A model generated the notes under the pieces. The model saw only the letters and a list, made by a program, of their open reading frames with translations, made no database searches and was not told the origin of the DNA. 64,000 nt of DNA from Acidimicrobiia bacterium (GTDB lineage Bacteria > Actinomycetota > Acidimicrobiia > IMCC26256 > JAENVU01). Positions 36,957-46,916 of this stretch are shown here, piece after piece. The position numbers and the translations under genes are program-made. How positions within the stretch are numbered: position 1 is the stretch's first letter; each line of letters begins with the position of its first letter. Location of the stretch: positions 310 to 64,309 of the forward strand of contig JBBSBV010000026.1 in assembly GCA_038250905.1 (NCBI GenBank). Reading direction: 5' to 3'.

Positions 36957-36983
36957 ATAACTCCGACTGGAGAGGTCATCATT
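36957..36983. promoter_or_regulatory. Possible Rrf2 (CymR/IscR-like) operator upstream of cysO
   Basis: ATAACTCCGACT-GGAGA-GGTCATCATT imperfect palindrome adjacent to TAGGCT -10. Confidence 0.35.
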
Positions 36984-37038
36984 CCGCGGCGCGGCGTGAC
37001 CTGCGCCACGCTGAGGGCCGGTGGAGCGTCGAGGCCGG

Positions 37039-37485
37039 TTAGGGCATCGACACGACCTGGCATTCGCCGACGACTCCATCGCGGATCCGGTAGGCGCGCA
37101 GCATCGGTGACTCGTCACGCAGCGACACGATCACGTAGATCCACATCGGATCCACCGCGCTCCGGACGTCGGTCGGCGACGGGTACGGATCGGTGTGCGT
37201 GTGCGAATGCCAGACGCCGATGATCTCGTCGCCCCGGGCCTCGGCATCCCGGCTCGCTCGCAGGTAGTCGCGGCCGTCGACCGTGTACGTGCGAGCGGAC
37301 GCGTCCGCGTTGACTGCGGGGTAGACCTCGCTGACATGACCGGTCGCCTCTCGCGCGCCCCGGACCTCGCCCACGGGACCGGCCAGGAGCCCGCACGCCT
37401 CGTCGGGCAGTCCCTCGTAGCAGTGGCCGACGATCCGCTCGTACTGGCTCGCGGAGAGCCGGAGCACCGGTGGGGCGAAGGTCAT
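37039..37485 (-). CDS. mec: JAB/M67 metallopeptidase (Mec)
   Basis: EACGLL, HSHTHTDPYPSPTD. Confidence 0.9.
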   Translation of the reverse strand: MTFAPPVLRLSASQYERIVGHCYEGLPDEACGLLAGPVGEVRGAREATGHVSEVYPAVNADASARTYTVDGRDYLRASRDAEARGDEIIGVWHSHTHTDPYPSPTDVRSAVDPMWIYVIVSLRDESPMLRAYRIRDGVVGECQVVSMP

Positions 37486-39773
37486 GGCCGGGTGGCGGCG
37501 ATCGCGTTCCAGACGCGCTGCGCCGAGACCGGCATGTCGATGTGACGCACTCCGAGGTACGAAACCGCGTCGATCACGGCGTTGTGCACCGCCGGCGTGG
37601 AGCCGATGGTGCCCGATTCCCCGATCCCTTTCGCGCCGAGCGGGTTGAGCGGGGTCGCGGTCTCGGTGTTCGACACCTCGAAGTTCGGCAACTCCGCGGC
37701 GCTGGGAATCGCGTAGTCCATCAGGTTGCCGGTGAGCGGGTTGCCGTCGTCGTCGTACGCGATCCCCTCCCACAACGCCTGCGCGGAGCCCTGGGCGATC
37801 CCGCCGTGCTGCTGACCGGCCACCAGGAGCGGGTTGAGGATGCGCCCGCAATCGTCGACGGCAACGTGGCGGATGTGTTCGACCTGGCCGGTTTCGGTGT
37901 CGACCTCGACGACGGCGATGTGCGCGCCGAACGGGTACGACGCCTCGCCCTGGTTGAAGTCGAGGGCGTGGGCCAGGGTCGGTTCCATGCCCTCGGGCAG
38001 CTTCGCCGGGTCCTTCGCCGCGGTGGCGAGTTCGGCCCAGCTGAGCGCCGAGGACGGCACCCCGGCGACACCGAGCCCGGAACCTTCCATCAGGACGATG
38101 TCGTCCGCGTTGGCCTCGAGGAGATGCGCCGCCAGCGTCTTCGCCTTGGCCAGCACCTCCTCGCTCGCCTTGTACAGCGCGCTGCCACCGATCTGGAGCG
38201 ACCGGGAACCCATCGTCCCCGACCCGCGCGGGACCTTCGCGGTGTCGGACTGCACGAGCGTGACCTGGTCCATGGGAATACCGAGCAACTCCTGCACGAT
38301 CATCGAGAACGACGTCTCGTGGCCCTGGCCGTGGGCGGAGGTGCCGACCGTCGCAGTGACCGAGCCGTCGTCGTTGATCTCGATCGCGCCGTACTCCTGG
38401 AACAGCCCGCCGGCGGTGACCTCGACGTAGGTGGAGACCCCGATCCCGAGTTGCTTGACCGCACCACTGGCCCGCCGGGCCGCCTGCTCGGCCCGCAGCT
38501 CGTCGTAGCCCGCCACCCGGCACACCTCGTCGAGCGCCTTGGCGTACTCACCGACGTCGTAGTTGGCACCGGTCACGGTGGTGAGCGGGAACGCTTCGGG
38601 CGGAATCAGGTTGCGTCGTCGGATCTCGACCGGGTCGATGTCGAGCTCGTCGGCGGCGATGTCGATGATGCGCTCGAGCATCGCGGTCGCCTCGGGTCGC
38701 CCGGCTCCGCGGTATGCCGCAGTCGTGGTCGTGTTGGTCGCGGCGCTCCAGGAGTTGAGTTCCACCTTCGGGATCGAATACACGCCCTGGGCGAGCAGGT
38801 GGGTGAAGTACACGAGGAACGCGCCCATCGCGGGATAGGCGCCGCTGTCCTGGAAGACCTTGGCCCGGAGCCCGACGATCGTGCCGTCCCGTTTGAGTCC
38901 CATCTCCACGTGCTGGATCTGGGCCCGCCCGTGGGTCATCGAGAGCATGTTCTCGGAGCGGGTCTCGGTCCACTTCACCGGCCGACCCAGGGCGAGTGCG
39001 GCCTTCACTGCGATCGCGTACTCCACGTACATGTCCATCTTGGCGCCGAACCCGCCGCCGACCGCAGGCGCGATGACCCGGACCTGCTCGGGCGGGAGAC
39101 CGGCGGCCGCCGCGATGCTGCCGTGCACGCTGTTGGGCGCCTGCGTGGGGAGCCGCACGAGCAGTCCGCCGTCCACGTGGGTGATCAGGATGCCGTTCGG
39201 CTCCATCGGCACCGCCGCCAGACGTTGGTTCACGAACCGCTCGGAGACGACGACGTCGGCACCGTCGAAGATCTCCGGGTCGGTCCCGCGTTCGAAGGCG
39301 ATGGCGAGATTCGAACCGTGCTCCTCGAAGAGCAGCGGGGCATCGTGGGCGAGCGCCGCTTCCGCGTCGACGACGACCGGCAGCGGGTCGTAATCCACGA
39401 TGACCTGCTCGGCGGCGTCGACGGCCTGGGCCCGGGTCTCGGCCACCAGCGCGGCGACGATGTCACCGACGAAGCGCACCCGGTCGGTCGCGAGCGGGGG
39501 CCGGTTGAACGCCGGTGGGAGCATGACGAACCCCTGGATGGTGTCCATCGGGAAGTTGGCCGCGGTGTAGACCCCGAGCACGCCCGGCATCGTCTCGGCG
39601 TCGGTGATGTCGATCGACTCGACGGTCGCGTGCGCGATGGTCGACCGCACGAACACGATGTGTCCCAGGCCGTCGATCGCGACGTCGTCGTAGTACTCGA
39701 CCCGGCCTTCGAGGATCGCGGGGTCCTCGCGGCGGAGCACCGCGTTACCGAGAATCGAACCGGATGCGGCCAT
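37482..39773 (-). CDS. Xanthine dehydrogenase family molybdopterin subunit (form II CoxL-like)
   Basis: GGGFG, AYRGAGRPE, HGQGHET, MGSRS, GAKGIGE. Confidence 0.92.
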   Translation of the reverse strand: MAASGSILGNAVLRREDPAILEGRVEYYDDVAIDGLGHIVFVRSTIAHATVESIDITDAETMPGVLGVYTAANFPMDTIQGFVMLPPAFNRPPLATDRVRFVGDIVAALVAETRAQAVDAAEQVIVDYDPLPVVVDAEAALAHDAPLLFEEHGSNLAIAFERGTDPEIFDGADVVVSERFVNQRLAAVPMEPNGILITHVDGGLLVRLPTQAPNSVHGSIAAAAGLPPEQVRVIAPAVGGGFGAKMDMYVEYAIAVKAALALGRPVKWTETRSENMLSMTHGRAQIQHVEMGLKRDGTIVGLRAKVFQDSGAYPAMGAFLVYFTHLLAQGVYSIPKVELNSWSAATNTTTTAAYRGAGRPEATAMLERIIDIAADELDIDPVEIRRRNLIPPEAFPLTTVTGANYDVGEYAKALDEVCRVAGYDELRAEQAARRASGAVKQLGIGVSTYVEVTAGGLFQEYGAIEINDDGSVTATVGTSAHGQGHETSFSMIVQELLGIPMDQVTLVQSDTAKVPRGSGTMGSRSLQIGGSALYKASEEVLAKAKTLAAHLLEANADDIVLMEGSGLGVAGVPSSALSWAELATAAKDPAKLPEGMEPTLAHALDFNQGEASYPFGAHIAVVEVDTETGQVEHIRHVAVDDCGRILNPLLVAGQQHGGIAQGSAQALWEGIAYDDDGNPLTGNLMDYAIPSAAELPNFEVSNTETATPLNPLGAKGIGESGTIGSTPAVHNAVIDAVSYLGVRHIDMPVSAQRVWNAIAATRP

Positions 39774-39818
39774 CAATCTGTCCTTCGGTACGGGCATCGC
39801 CGGAGTGGTCGGCGCAAT

Positions 39819-40391
39819 CTAACCGCCGGGTCGGTACGGTTCGGGTGGACCCACCAAGGTGGTTTCCGGACCCGGACGGTCCATGAACCGGGCGACGTCC
39901 GCCATGATCTCCGCCCGACCCGCGTCGGAATCGAAGAACCGCGTGTCGAAGTCGACGCGCGTCGCGAACCCCAGTTGCGCGATCCCGTCGATCTCCGGCG
40001 TCGCGGGCGTCAACGTCGCGGTCACGACGCACTGTCGGTACTCCACCAGGCCCACGTGGCGGCGCAGCGCCAACGGACCGTGTCGATCCCGCCAGTGGTC
40101 GACGAACTCGGCGTGACTCGTTCCCGGTCGGCGGCGCATCAGCGAGATCATCGCCACGGCCGGCGGCGCGGCGGGTTCGAGCAGCACGCGTTCGTCCACG
40201 GTCCAGGCCATCACCGGCGCGCCGAGGGTCGACCACGCGATCGCGGGTGCCGGTCCGGACCCGCCGACGACAACATCGAAGGGATTCCCCCGTGAATACG
40301 GCCCCTGATCATCGAGCCGACGCCGCACCAACCCCGAGGTTGCACCGACCGCGTCCAAATCCGGGCCCCACACCACCGCCACCCACGCCAC
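39819..40391 (-). CDS. EthD domain protein
   Basis: RRRPGTSHAEFVDHWRDRHGPL, DGIAQLGF. Confidence 0.8.
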   Translation of the reverse strand: MAWVAVVWGPDLDAVGATSGLVRRRLDDQGPYSRGNPFDVVVGGSGPAPAIAWSTLGAPVMAWTVDERVLLEPAAPPAVAMISLMRRRPGTSHAEFVDHWRDRHGPLALRRHVGLVEYRQCVVTATLTPATPEIDGIAQLGFATRVDFDTRFFDSDAGRAEIMADVARFMDRPGPETTLVGPPEPYRPGG

Positions 40392-40437
40392 CCGGCGAAG
40401 TTATCCTGCGGATTGCGCCGCGCGGCCTGAACCAGCC

Positions 40438-40509
40438 CCGAGCGGAGCGAGCAGCCCGGGAGCGAACCTCGGTCCGGCAGAACGACGGAGTGTGAGTGGA
40501 CGGGCCATG
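40438..40509 (+). repeat. Dispersed repeat, copy 3 (shorter)
   Basis: GAGCGGAGCGAGCAGCCCGGGAGCGAACC...GTGTGAGTGGACGGGCCATG; ends in start codon of next gene. Confidence 0.75.
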
Positions 40510-41388
40510 AAGACGCATCCAGTCATCATCGAGGCCGCGCTCAACGGGATCACGAGCCGCGGCCGCAACGCGCGGGTACCCGTGCACCCCGACGAACTCG
40601 CCGTCGACGCGATCGCCTGCATCGATGCCGGCGCCACGATCGTCCACACCCACGCCCACAACCTCGGCGCCCCGGTGGAGGACCTCGTCGCGGCGTATGC
40701 AGCGGCGTACGAACCGGTCCTCGCCGCGCGACCGGGGACGATCCTCTACCCCACCACCGGCCTCGGCACGACGTCCGCGCAGCGCTACCACCACGTGAAC
40801 GAACTCGCGAGCAGTGGTCTCATCCGGGCGTCGTTCGTCGACCCGGGTTCGGTCAACCTCGGGGGTACCGGCGCCGACGGCCTGCCGCCCGCGATCGAGT
40901 ACGTGTACACCAACACCTTCGTCGACATCCGCTACGGGTTCGACCTGTGCGTCCGCCACGGCCTCGGGCCGAGCATCGCGATCTTCGAACCGGGCTTCCT
41001 CCAGGTGGTCCTCGCCTACCACGAGGCCGGTGCGCTCCCGCCCGGGACACTCGTCAAGCTCTACTTCGCGGCGGGCGGCTACCTCACCAGGGGGCGGCCG
41101 CTCTGGGGCGTGCCACCGATCCCCGAAGGCCTCGACCTCTACCTGGCAATGCTCGGCGACTCGGGTATCCCGTGGGCGATCGCGATCGTGGGCGGGGACG
41201 CGTTGGCGCACCCACTGACCCGGACCGCGCTGGAACGGGGGGCGCATCTCCGGATCGGGCTCGAAGACGATGCCGACGGTCCGGCCAACCCCGAGATGGT
41301 CACGGCCGCGGCCCGGCTCTGCCACGAGGCCGGACGCGAGGTCGCGTCCCTCACCCAGACCGAAGCACTGCTCGGCTTCCCGACCTGA
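40507..41388 (+). CDS. Beta-keto acid cleavage enzyme (3-keto-5-aminohexanoate cleavage family)
   Basis: IIEAALNG, AGATIVHTH, HLRIGLED. Confidence 0.88.
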   Translation: MKTHPVIIEAALNGITSRGRNARVPVHPDELAVDAIACIDAGATIVHTHAHNLGAPVEDLVAAYAAAYEPVLAARPGTILYPTTGLGTTSAQRYHHVNELASSGLIRASFVDPGSVNLGGTGADGLPPAIEYVYTNTFVDIRYGFDLCVRHGLGPSIAIFEPGFLQVVLAYHEAGALPPGTLVKLYFAAGGYLTRGRPLWGVPPIPEGLDLYLAMLGDSGIPWAIAIVGGDALAHPLTRTALERGAHLRIGLEDDADGPANPEMVTAAARLCHEAGREVASLTQTEALLGFPT

Positions 41389-41394
41389 TGCGCG

Positions 41395-42198
41395 TCAGGG
41401 CGCGGCGATGCGGTGCTCGATCGCACCGATGCCGTCGATCTCGACCCGCACGGTGTCGCCGATCGCGAGGTAGCGCGGTGGCGACATGGCGTGCCCGACG
41501 CCCGGTGGCGTGCCGGTGAACACCACGTCGCCCGGATCGAGGGTGATCGCCTCGGTGATGAACGCGATGATCCGCGCGACCGAGAACACCATGCTCGCCG
41601 TGGTGTCCGACTGTCGGATCTCACCGTTGACGAGGGCCCGGATGCCGAGTTGCTGCGGGTCGGGGATCTCGTCGGCGGTCACGATCCAGGGCCCGATCGG
41701 CGCGAAGGAGTCGAGCGACTTGCCGCGGAGCCACTGCGTGTCGCCGAACTGCAGGTCGCGGGCCGAGACGTCGTTGCCGCAGGTGTAGCCCAGAACCACG
41801 TCCAGCGCGCGCGACTCGGGCACTCGTGCTGCGGTGCGGCCGATCACCGCGACCAGTTCCGCCTCGTAATCGAGGGCCTGGGTGATGGGCGGGTGGATCA
41901 CGTCGTCGCGGGGGCCCACGATCGTGTTGGCGAACTTCGCGAAGAGCTGCGGTCGGTCGGGAACCTCGGATCCGGTCTCGGCCGCGTGTTCGGCGTAGTT
42001 GCGCCCGACGCAGATCACCTTGTTGGGCTTCGGCAGCGGGGCCAACAGCGCCACCTCGGCGAGGCTCCCCACCTCCGCTCCCCGGACGACGTGCATCGGA
42101 TCGGTCCCGGCATCCCGGACGACATCGCCCTCCGCGTCTCGCTCGACGACGCCGGCGCGGATGGAGCCGTCGTCGCGACGGTACGAGACAATGCGCAT
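41395..42198 (-). CDS. Fumarylacetoacetate hydrolase family protein
   Basis: CVGRNYAEH, DYEAEL, NDVSARD, GKSLD, TGTPPGVG. Confidence 0.93.
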   Translation of the reverse strand: MRIVSYRRDDGSIRAGVVERDAEGDVVRDAGTDPMHVVRGAEVGSLAEVALLAPLPKPNKVICVGRNYAEHAAETGSEVPDRPQLFAKFANTIVGPRDDVIHPPITQALDYEAELVAVIGRTAARVPESRALDVVLGYTCGNDVSARDLQFGDTQWLRGKSLDSFAPIGPWIVTADEIPDPQQLGIRALVNGEIRQSDTTASMVFSVARIIAFITEAITLDPGDVVFTGTPPGVGHAMSPPRYLAIGDTVRVEIDGIGAIEHRIAAP

Positions 42199-42232
42199 CG
42201 GCGCAGAGTACGGCGCCCGGTAGCGTGCGGGG

Positions 42233-42694
42233 ATGCCACGGCAAGGGGACGGAACCGTCCTCACCAATCGCAAGGCCCGACACGACTACACGATCCTCGA
42301 CGTGTGGGAAGCGGGCATCGTGCTCGTCGGGTCCGAGGTCAAGTCACTCCGTGAGCATCACGCCAACCTGCAGGACGCGTACGCCCGCGTGGACGAAGGC
42401 GAGGTGTGGCTGAACGGCATGCACATCCTCCCGTACGCGTTCAGCCGGGCCGAGATCGATCCCGTGCGGCGCCGCAAGCTCCTGCTGAACGCCCACGAGA
42501 TCGACGAGATCGACCGCAAGACCAAGGAACGAGGACTCACGATCGTCCCGCTCAAGGTCTATTTCAAGGACGGGCGGGTCAAGATCGAGATCGGTCTCGC
42601 CAAGGGCAAGAAGAACTACGACAAGCGCCATGCCCTCGCCGCGCAGGATGCGAAACGCGACATGGACCGCGCGCTGCGCGGCCGGGGCGACTAG
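42233..42694 (+). CDS. smpB: SsrA-binding protein
   Basis: NRKARHDY, EAGIVLVGSEVKSLR, GKKNYDKR. Confidence 0.97.
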   Translation: MPRQGDGTVLTNRKARHDYTILDVWEAGIVLVGSEVKSLREHHANLQDAYARVDEGEVWLNGMHILPYAFSRAEIDPVRRRKLLLNAHEIDEIDRKTKERGLTIVPLKVYFKDGRVKIEIGLAKGKKNYDKRHALAAQDAKRDMDRALRGRGD

Positions 42695-43467
42695 CCGACC
42701 GGCGGCGCACCCGGCACCGACGCGGACGGTGCGATCAGCATGGGCTCGGCCGACACGAACCCGGAGCGGGCGGTCACCCGCGCGTACCGCAACTCCGCGG
42801 TGGCGGTCCGGAAGACGAACACCCCCATGAGCGCAGTCCACAGCGACACGTACGGGATACCCACGAGCGGACCGATCAGGCCGGCCGCCACCAGCGACCC
42901 ACCGAAGCATTGGCCCACGCGCGTCGCGAACACGTCGGCGCGGGTCCGGTCTTTGGTCACTGCCCAGATACCGCTCGCCAGGATGCGTCCGCCGTCGAGC
43001 GGTGCGGCCGGGATCAGGTTGAAGGTGCCGAGCACCACGTTGACGAAGGCGAGCCAGTCGAACGCCGAGACGAGCAGCGCCGATCCACCGAGGGCGTGGG
43101 CGACCCCCGACCCCGCGAAGAACCCTGCGGCCAGCAGGTAGCTCATCGCCGGGCCTGCGGCGGCGATCCGGAACTCCGCGCCCGCCGACGGCATCGCGTC
43201 CGAGAGTTGGGCGACACCGCCGAGCAGCCAGAGGGTGATTCCCCGCACGCGCATCCCGTTGCGCTCGGCCACGACCGAGTGGGCCAACTCGTGCGCCAGG
43301 AGACAGCCGAGGAAGACCACGACCGTGGGCACGACCACCGCCCAGAGCACCGCGTCGGCCACGCCGTCGGTGAGGGCGAACCCGAGCAACCCGGCGATCA
43401 CGATCACCGACCAGTGCACGGCGACCGGGATGCCGAAGATCCGACCGAGACGAAATGTGGCACGCAT
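42691..43467 (-). CDS. Site-2 protease (M50)
   Basis: HELAH, AGP, FNLIPAAPLDGG. Confidence 0.92.
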   Translation of the reverse strand: MRATFRLGRIFGIPVAVHWSVIVIAGLLGFALTDGVADAVLWAVVVPTVVVFLGCLLAHELAHSVVAERNGMRVRGITLWLLGGVAQLSDAMPSAGAEFRIAAAGPAMSYLLAAGFFAGSGVAHALGGSALLVSAFDWLAFVNVVLGTFNLIPAAPLDGGRILASGIWAVTKDRTRADVFATRVGQCFGGSLVAAGLIGPLVGIPYVSLWTALMGVFVFRTATAELRYARVTARSGFVSAEPMLIAPSASVPGAPPVG

Positions 43468-43632
43468 GGTGGCCTCCTGCGGCGTCCAACGCCGGCGGTC
43501 AGTCTCGCGTTCCCGAGCCTTCGGGGCCGCCGCGGTTCAGGACCCTCTCAGTCCAACTCCGGGAGTCGAGCCGGGAAGGCCCGAGTACAATGGTCGGGTC
43601 GACCCTGCACGCGCCGGGACGGCACTTGACAA

Positions 43633-43984
43633 GGGGGTGCGTGGCTTCGATTTCGAGGATCGAGGTGGGAGAAGCGAGCCGACGTCGTCAGATCGTCGTA
43701 AAAGAGCTGGCACAACGAATACTTGCTGAGGACAACCTCACACTCGCTGCTTAGAAATAAGTAGCGACGTTCCACCCGGCCCAGTCGCTCGGCCGGAACC
43801 GGAACGCCATCAAGAGTGACTTACCGCCGGGACGGGTCCCGTGGCCCGGCGGGACATCACAGCGGGACTGGGATCACCACACGCTGCCGGTGGGTAGTGG
43901 CGATCCGAGAACTCTCCACTGGCTGCGCTCGGAGAAGTCCCACCAACAACTTGAAAGACGGGGGTTCGACTCCCCCCACCTCCA
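43633..43984 (+). ncRNA. ssrA: tmRNA
   Basis: 5' GGGGGTG pairs with 3' CACCTCC (G3.U wobble); GGGGGTTCGACTCCCCC T-arm; tag AEDNLTLAA* at 43725-43754; near smpB. Confidence 0.93.
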
Positions 43985-43994
43985 CTGCCGCAAC

Positions 43995-44807
43995 TCAGGA
44001 CTGCGCGAGCCCTTCGCCCGTCAGGCGGTACATCGCCTCGTCGTCGGAGCTGCGCCACAGTTCGAGCATGCCGTTCCCCATGGGATCGCAGCTCGTCCGC
44101 ATCGGCCCGTCGTCCTCCGCGATGGCGTCTGCGATCTTGGCGGCGGCCCGATCGACGGGCTCGAGCATCGGGTCGGCGTGCTGCACCTTCAGCTCGCGGG
44201 AACGCACCGCCATCGCGCGGTAGTCGTCGAACTGTTCGGCCGCGAGCGGCGCGTGCGTGCCCGCGAACATGTCGGTGTCGATCGGGCCGGGGAGAATCTC
44301 GATCGAGCGGATTCCGAACCGGGCCAACTCGACGCGCAGAGTCTCGGCGATCGACGATGCCGCGGCCTTCGACGCGCGGTACTCGCCGTAGAACGGCACG
44401 ATCCCGAAGATCGAACTCGACGTGATCGTCGCGATCACGCCGGGTGCGTTCGCCTTGAGCACCGGGATCGCCGCTCGCGAGACGGCGATCACCCCGAAGA
44501 CGTTGACCTCGAACATCGCGCGCCATGAGTCGAGATCCGCGTGCTCGATCGGCACGTGGATCGATTCGGTACCGGCGTTGTTGACCAGCACCGTGAGGTC
44601 GTCCGGGATCTCGATGGTGGCCGGGTCGGTGACGTCGAGGCGCGCCACACGGATACGACCGCCGGCCTCGGCGTCGAGGCCTGCTCCGTCGTCCGGATTC
44701 CGCATCGTGGCGACGACGTCGTACCCGCGATGCGCCAGCTCGACGGCGACCGCCCGCCCGATACCCCGGCTCGCACCGGTGACGAGTGCACTCCCCCGTG
44801 GTTCCAT
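43995..44807 (-). CDS. SDR family oxidoreductase
   Basis: TGASRGIG, NNAG, YRASK. Confidence 0.9.
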   Translation of the reverse strand: MEPRGSALVTGASRGIGRAVAVELAHRGYDVVATMRNPDDGAGLDAEAGGRIRVARLDVTDPATIEIPDDLTVLVNNAGTESIHVPIEHADLDSWRAMFEVNVFGVIAVSRAAIPVLKANAPGVIATITSSSIFGIVPFYGEYRASKAAASSIAETLRVELARFGIRSIEILPGPIDTDMFAGTHAPLAAEQFDDYRAMAVRSRELKVQHADPMLEPVDRAAAKIADAIAEDDGPMRTSCDPMGNGMLELWRSSDDEAMYRLTGEGLAQS

Positions 44808-44823
44808 GGCGGGAGTCTGGCAG

Positions 44824-45726
44824 TCAGGCGCCGGTCGACGCACCGAGGATGGTCGTCCCGTCCACGTAGCCCAACTCCACCAGGCGGCTCCCGGCCCGCT
44901 CGATCGCGTCACGGAGCGGTGGGACCCGCGTCGGCGTCGAGAACCCTGGCAGCCAGTCGTCGTGGTGCGAGAGCACGACGGTGCCGGGGCGGAGCAGCCC
45001 GACCTGACGCGCCACGAACTCGGCGAGCGAACCCTGGATCGGCTCGCCGTCGAGGTTGCCCCGACCAGCGGCGGCGAGGATGGCAACGTCGGGAGTCAGC
45101 GCGTTGAGGATCCCGGTCCAGTGGCCCGACGTGTCCTGGTACAGCACCGAACCCTCGGACGTCTCGAACAGGTACAGCAGCGCGCCGCCGTCGCCGCGTG
45201 GGCTCTGCCCGGCCATCGAACCGAGGAGGTGGCCGATCGCCGGCTCCGACAGTTCGGCGGACAGGTACTTCCCGAGGTCGGCCATGCGGGACTGCTGCTC
45301 CTGCCAGGTGACGCCGAGATCACCGAGGCACACGTCATCGGACTGCGCCATCTGGGTGTGCGACCACACGCAGCTGTGCTGGCTCGGGAACACCGAAACC
45401 GTGACCGACGGCGAGAGCCGCACCGTCTCCCCGCCCGCGACGCAGATCATGCGATTGGCGGCCACCCCGGCCTGCTCCATCATCCGGATCGTCTCGTAGC
45501 TCCCGATCAGGGTGGCATCGGTGTTCGCCATGATCCGTTCCGCGCCGTAGAGATGGTCGAAGTGCGAGTGGCCGATCACGATCCAGTCGCACTCGTCGAC
45601 GTCGTCGGCCCGCAGGCCCGACCCCGCAGCACCTTCCGCCCGATCGATGTACGCGTCGAGGAAGATCGTCAGCCCGTCAACGGCCAGACGGAACGTCGCG
45701 CACCCGTACCAATCCAGTGTCGCCAT
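44824..45726 (-). CDS. MBL-fold metallo-hydrolase
   Basis: GHSHFDH, LDAYIDR, HHDDW. Confidence 0.85.
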   Translation of the reverse strand: MATLDWYGCATFRLAVDGLTIFLDAYIDRAEGAAGSGLRADDVDECDWIVIGHSHFDHLYGAERIMANTDATLIGSYETIRMMEQAGVAANRMICVAGGETVRLSPSVTVSVFPSQHSCVWSHTQMAQSDDVCLGDLGVTWQEQQSRMADLGKYLSAELSEPAIGHLLGSMAGQSPRGDGGALLYLFETSEGSVLYQDTSGHWTGILNALTPDVAILAAAGRGNLDGEPIQGSLAEFVARQVGLLRPGTVVLSHHDDWLPGFSTPTRVPPLRDAIERAGSRLVELGYVDGTTILGASTGA

Positions 45727-45738
45727 GCCCCATGGCTA

Positions 45739-46887
45739 CTACTCCTCGGCCGCGAGTTCGTCGAACCAGTTTCGGAGGAGGACCGCGGCCGGGAGGAGCG
45801 AGGCGTCGTGGTCGACATCGCCGACACAGATTGCAGTCGCGTCGCCGCCGTGGGCGCGGAAGTTCTCCTGCAACAGCCCGGCTTGCGGCGGCGTCACGTC
45901 GACGTCAGCGGCTCCGTAGTACGCACGGATCGGCGCGCGTGGCGACCAGTCCAACAAGCTGTTCTCCCGGAGCCGCCGGACGAACCAGTGATCGGTTCCC
46001 GCGTCATACGCGCCGAGGAAGTCGGGGTTGAACAGATCTCGGGGGTGACTCGGCAACGCCGCGACCGTCGCATCTCCGTCGCGCGAGCCGTCGAAGAGCG
46101 TCTCCGTCCGCGCCGCCCACTCGGGCGTGAGCACGTCCGTGACCGGTTCGCCGTACGCACGCGCGTAGGTGGTCGCGATCCACGCCAGGTAGAGACTGCA
46201 GTACACCGACTGTCCCGCGAGCGCGCCCGCCACCCCGAGACCCGCGAGGTCGACCGCGGCGGCGACGGGGGCCGACGCCGCGACGCTCAACCCCGCGATC
46301 GGAGCCCGCTCGAGCGCGCGCTGGGTCGCGAGCGTCGCGTACCCGCCTTCGGAGTAGCCGGTGAGGAACAGACGCGACGGAACCTCCACGCCGCTGTGGT
46401 CCAGCACGGTCTTCGCGGCCGCGATGAAGTCGCTGACCACGGCGGCCATGTGGTCGGCGAGGTAGTAGTCGTGCGGCTCCTTGCTCACGCCGTACCCGAG
46501 ATAGTCCGGCGCGAGGAGCAGGTAGCCGTGCCCCGCGAAGACTGCTGCGGGCAGAAGACCGTGGAACACATGCTTCGAAGATGGCGCGTTGGTCCCGAGC
46601 GACTCGGTGCCGTGCTGCCAACTCACGATGCCGCGGGCGTGCGCGCGACCGCGCGGCATCGCCAGGAGCCCGGATGCGGCGACCAATCGGCCGTCGACGG
46701 TCTTCGTGAGATACGCGAGCCGATACAGCGTGATGCCGTGCTCGGTCGGCAACTGTTTCGCAATTCCCCGGCGCCGGAACAGCACCCGCACCACGAGATT
46801 CGGGTAGCCCCCGATCCGCGCGACTGCGACGGGATCACCTGGTGCCGACCCGGCTCGAGCCGGAATCGCAAGTCGAGTCCGGGTCAC
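45739..46887 (-). CDS. Lipase/alpha-beta hydrolase (secretory lipase-like)
   Basis: WQHGT, PDYLGYG, GYSEGG, D and H triad candidates; start uncertain. Confidence 0.82.
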   Translation of the reverse strand: MTRTRLAIPARAGSAPGDPVAVARIGGYPNLVVRVLFRRRGIAKQLPTEHGITLYRLAYLTKTVDGRLVAASGLLAMPRGRAHARGIVSWQHGTESLGTNAPSSKHVFHGLLPAAVFAGHGYLLLAPDYLGYGVSKEPHDYYLADHMAAVVSDFIAAAKTVLDHSGVEVPSRLFLTGYSEGGYATLATQRALERAPIAGLSVAASAPVAAAVDLAGLGVAGALAGQSVYCSLYLAWIATTYARAYGEPVTDVLTPEWAARTETLFDGSRDGDATVAALPSHPRDLFNPDFLGAYDAGTDHWFVRRLRENSLLDWSPRAPIRAYYGAADVDVTPPQAGLLQENFRAHGGDATAICVGDVDHDASLLPAAVLLRNWFDELAAEE

Positions 46888-46916
46888 GTGCCGATTCCCT
46901 CCCGCCGTGGTGGGTG

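Noticed and set aside
37482-39773. Aerobic CO dehydrogenase
   Set aside because: Has AYRGAGR rather than AYXCSFR, and no coxMS or accessory genes nearby.
37470-40295. 941-aa plus-strand ORF (also 26500..29070 - and 44422..47163 +)
   Set aside because: Antisense shadows of real genes; stop-poor reverse frames are expected from high-GC codon bias, and they carry no motifs.
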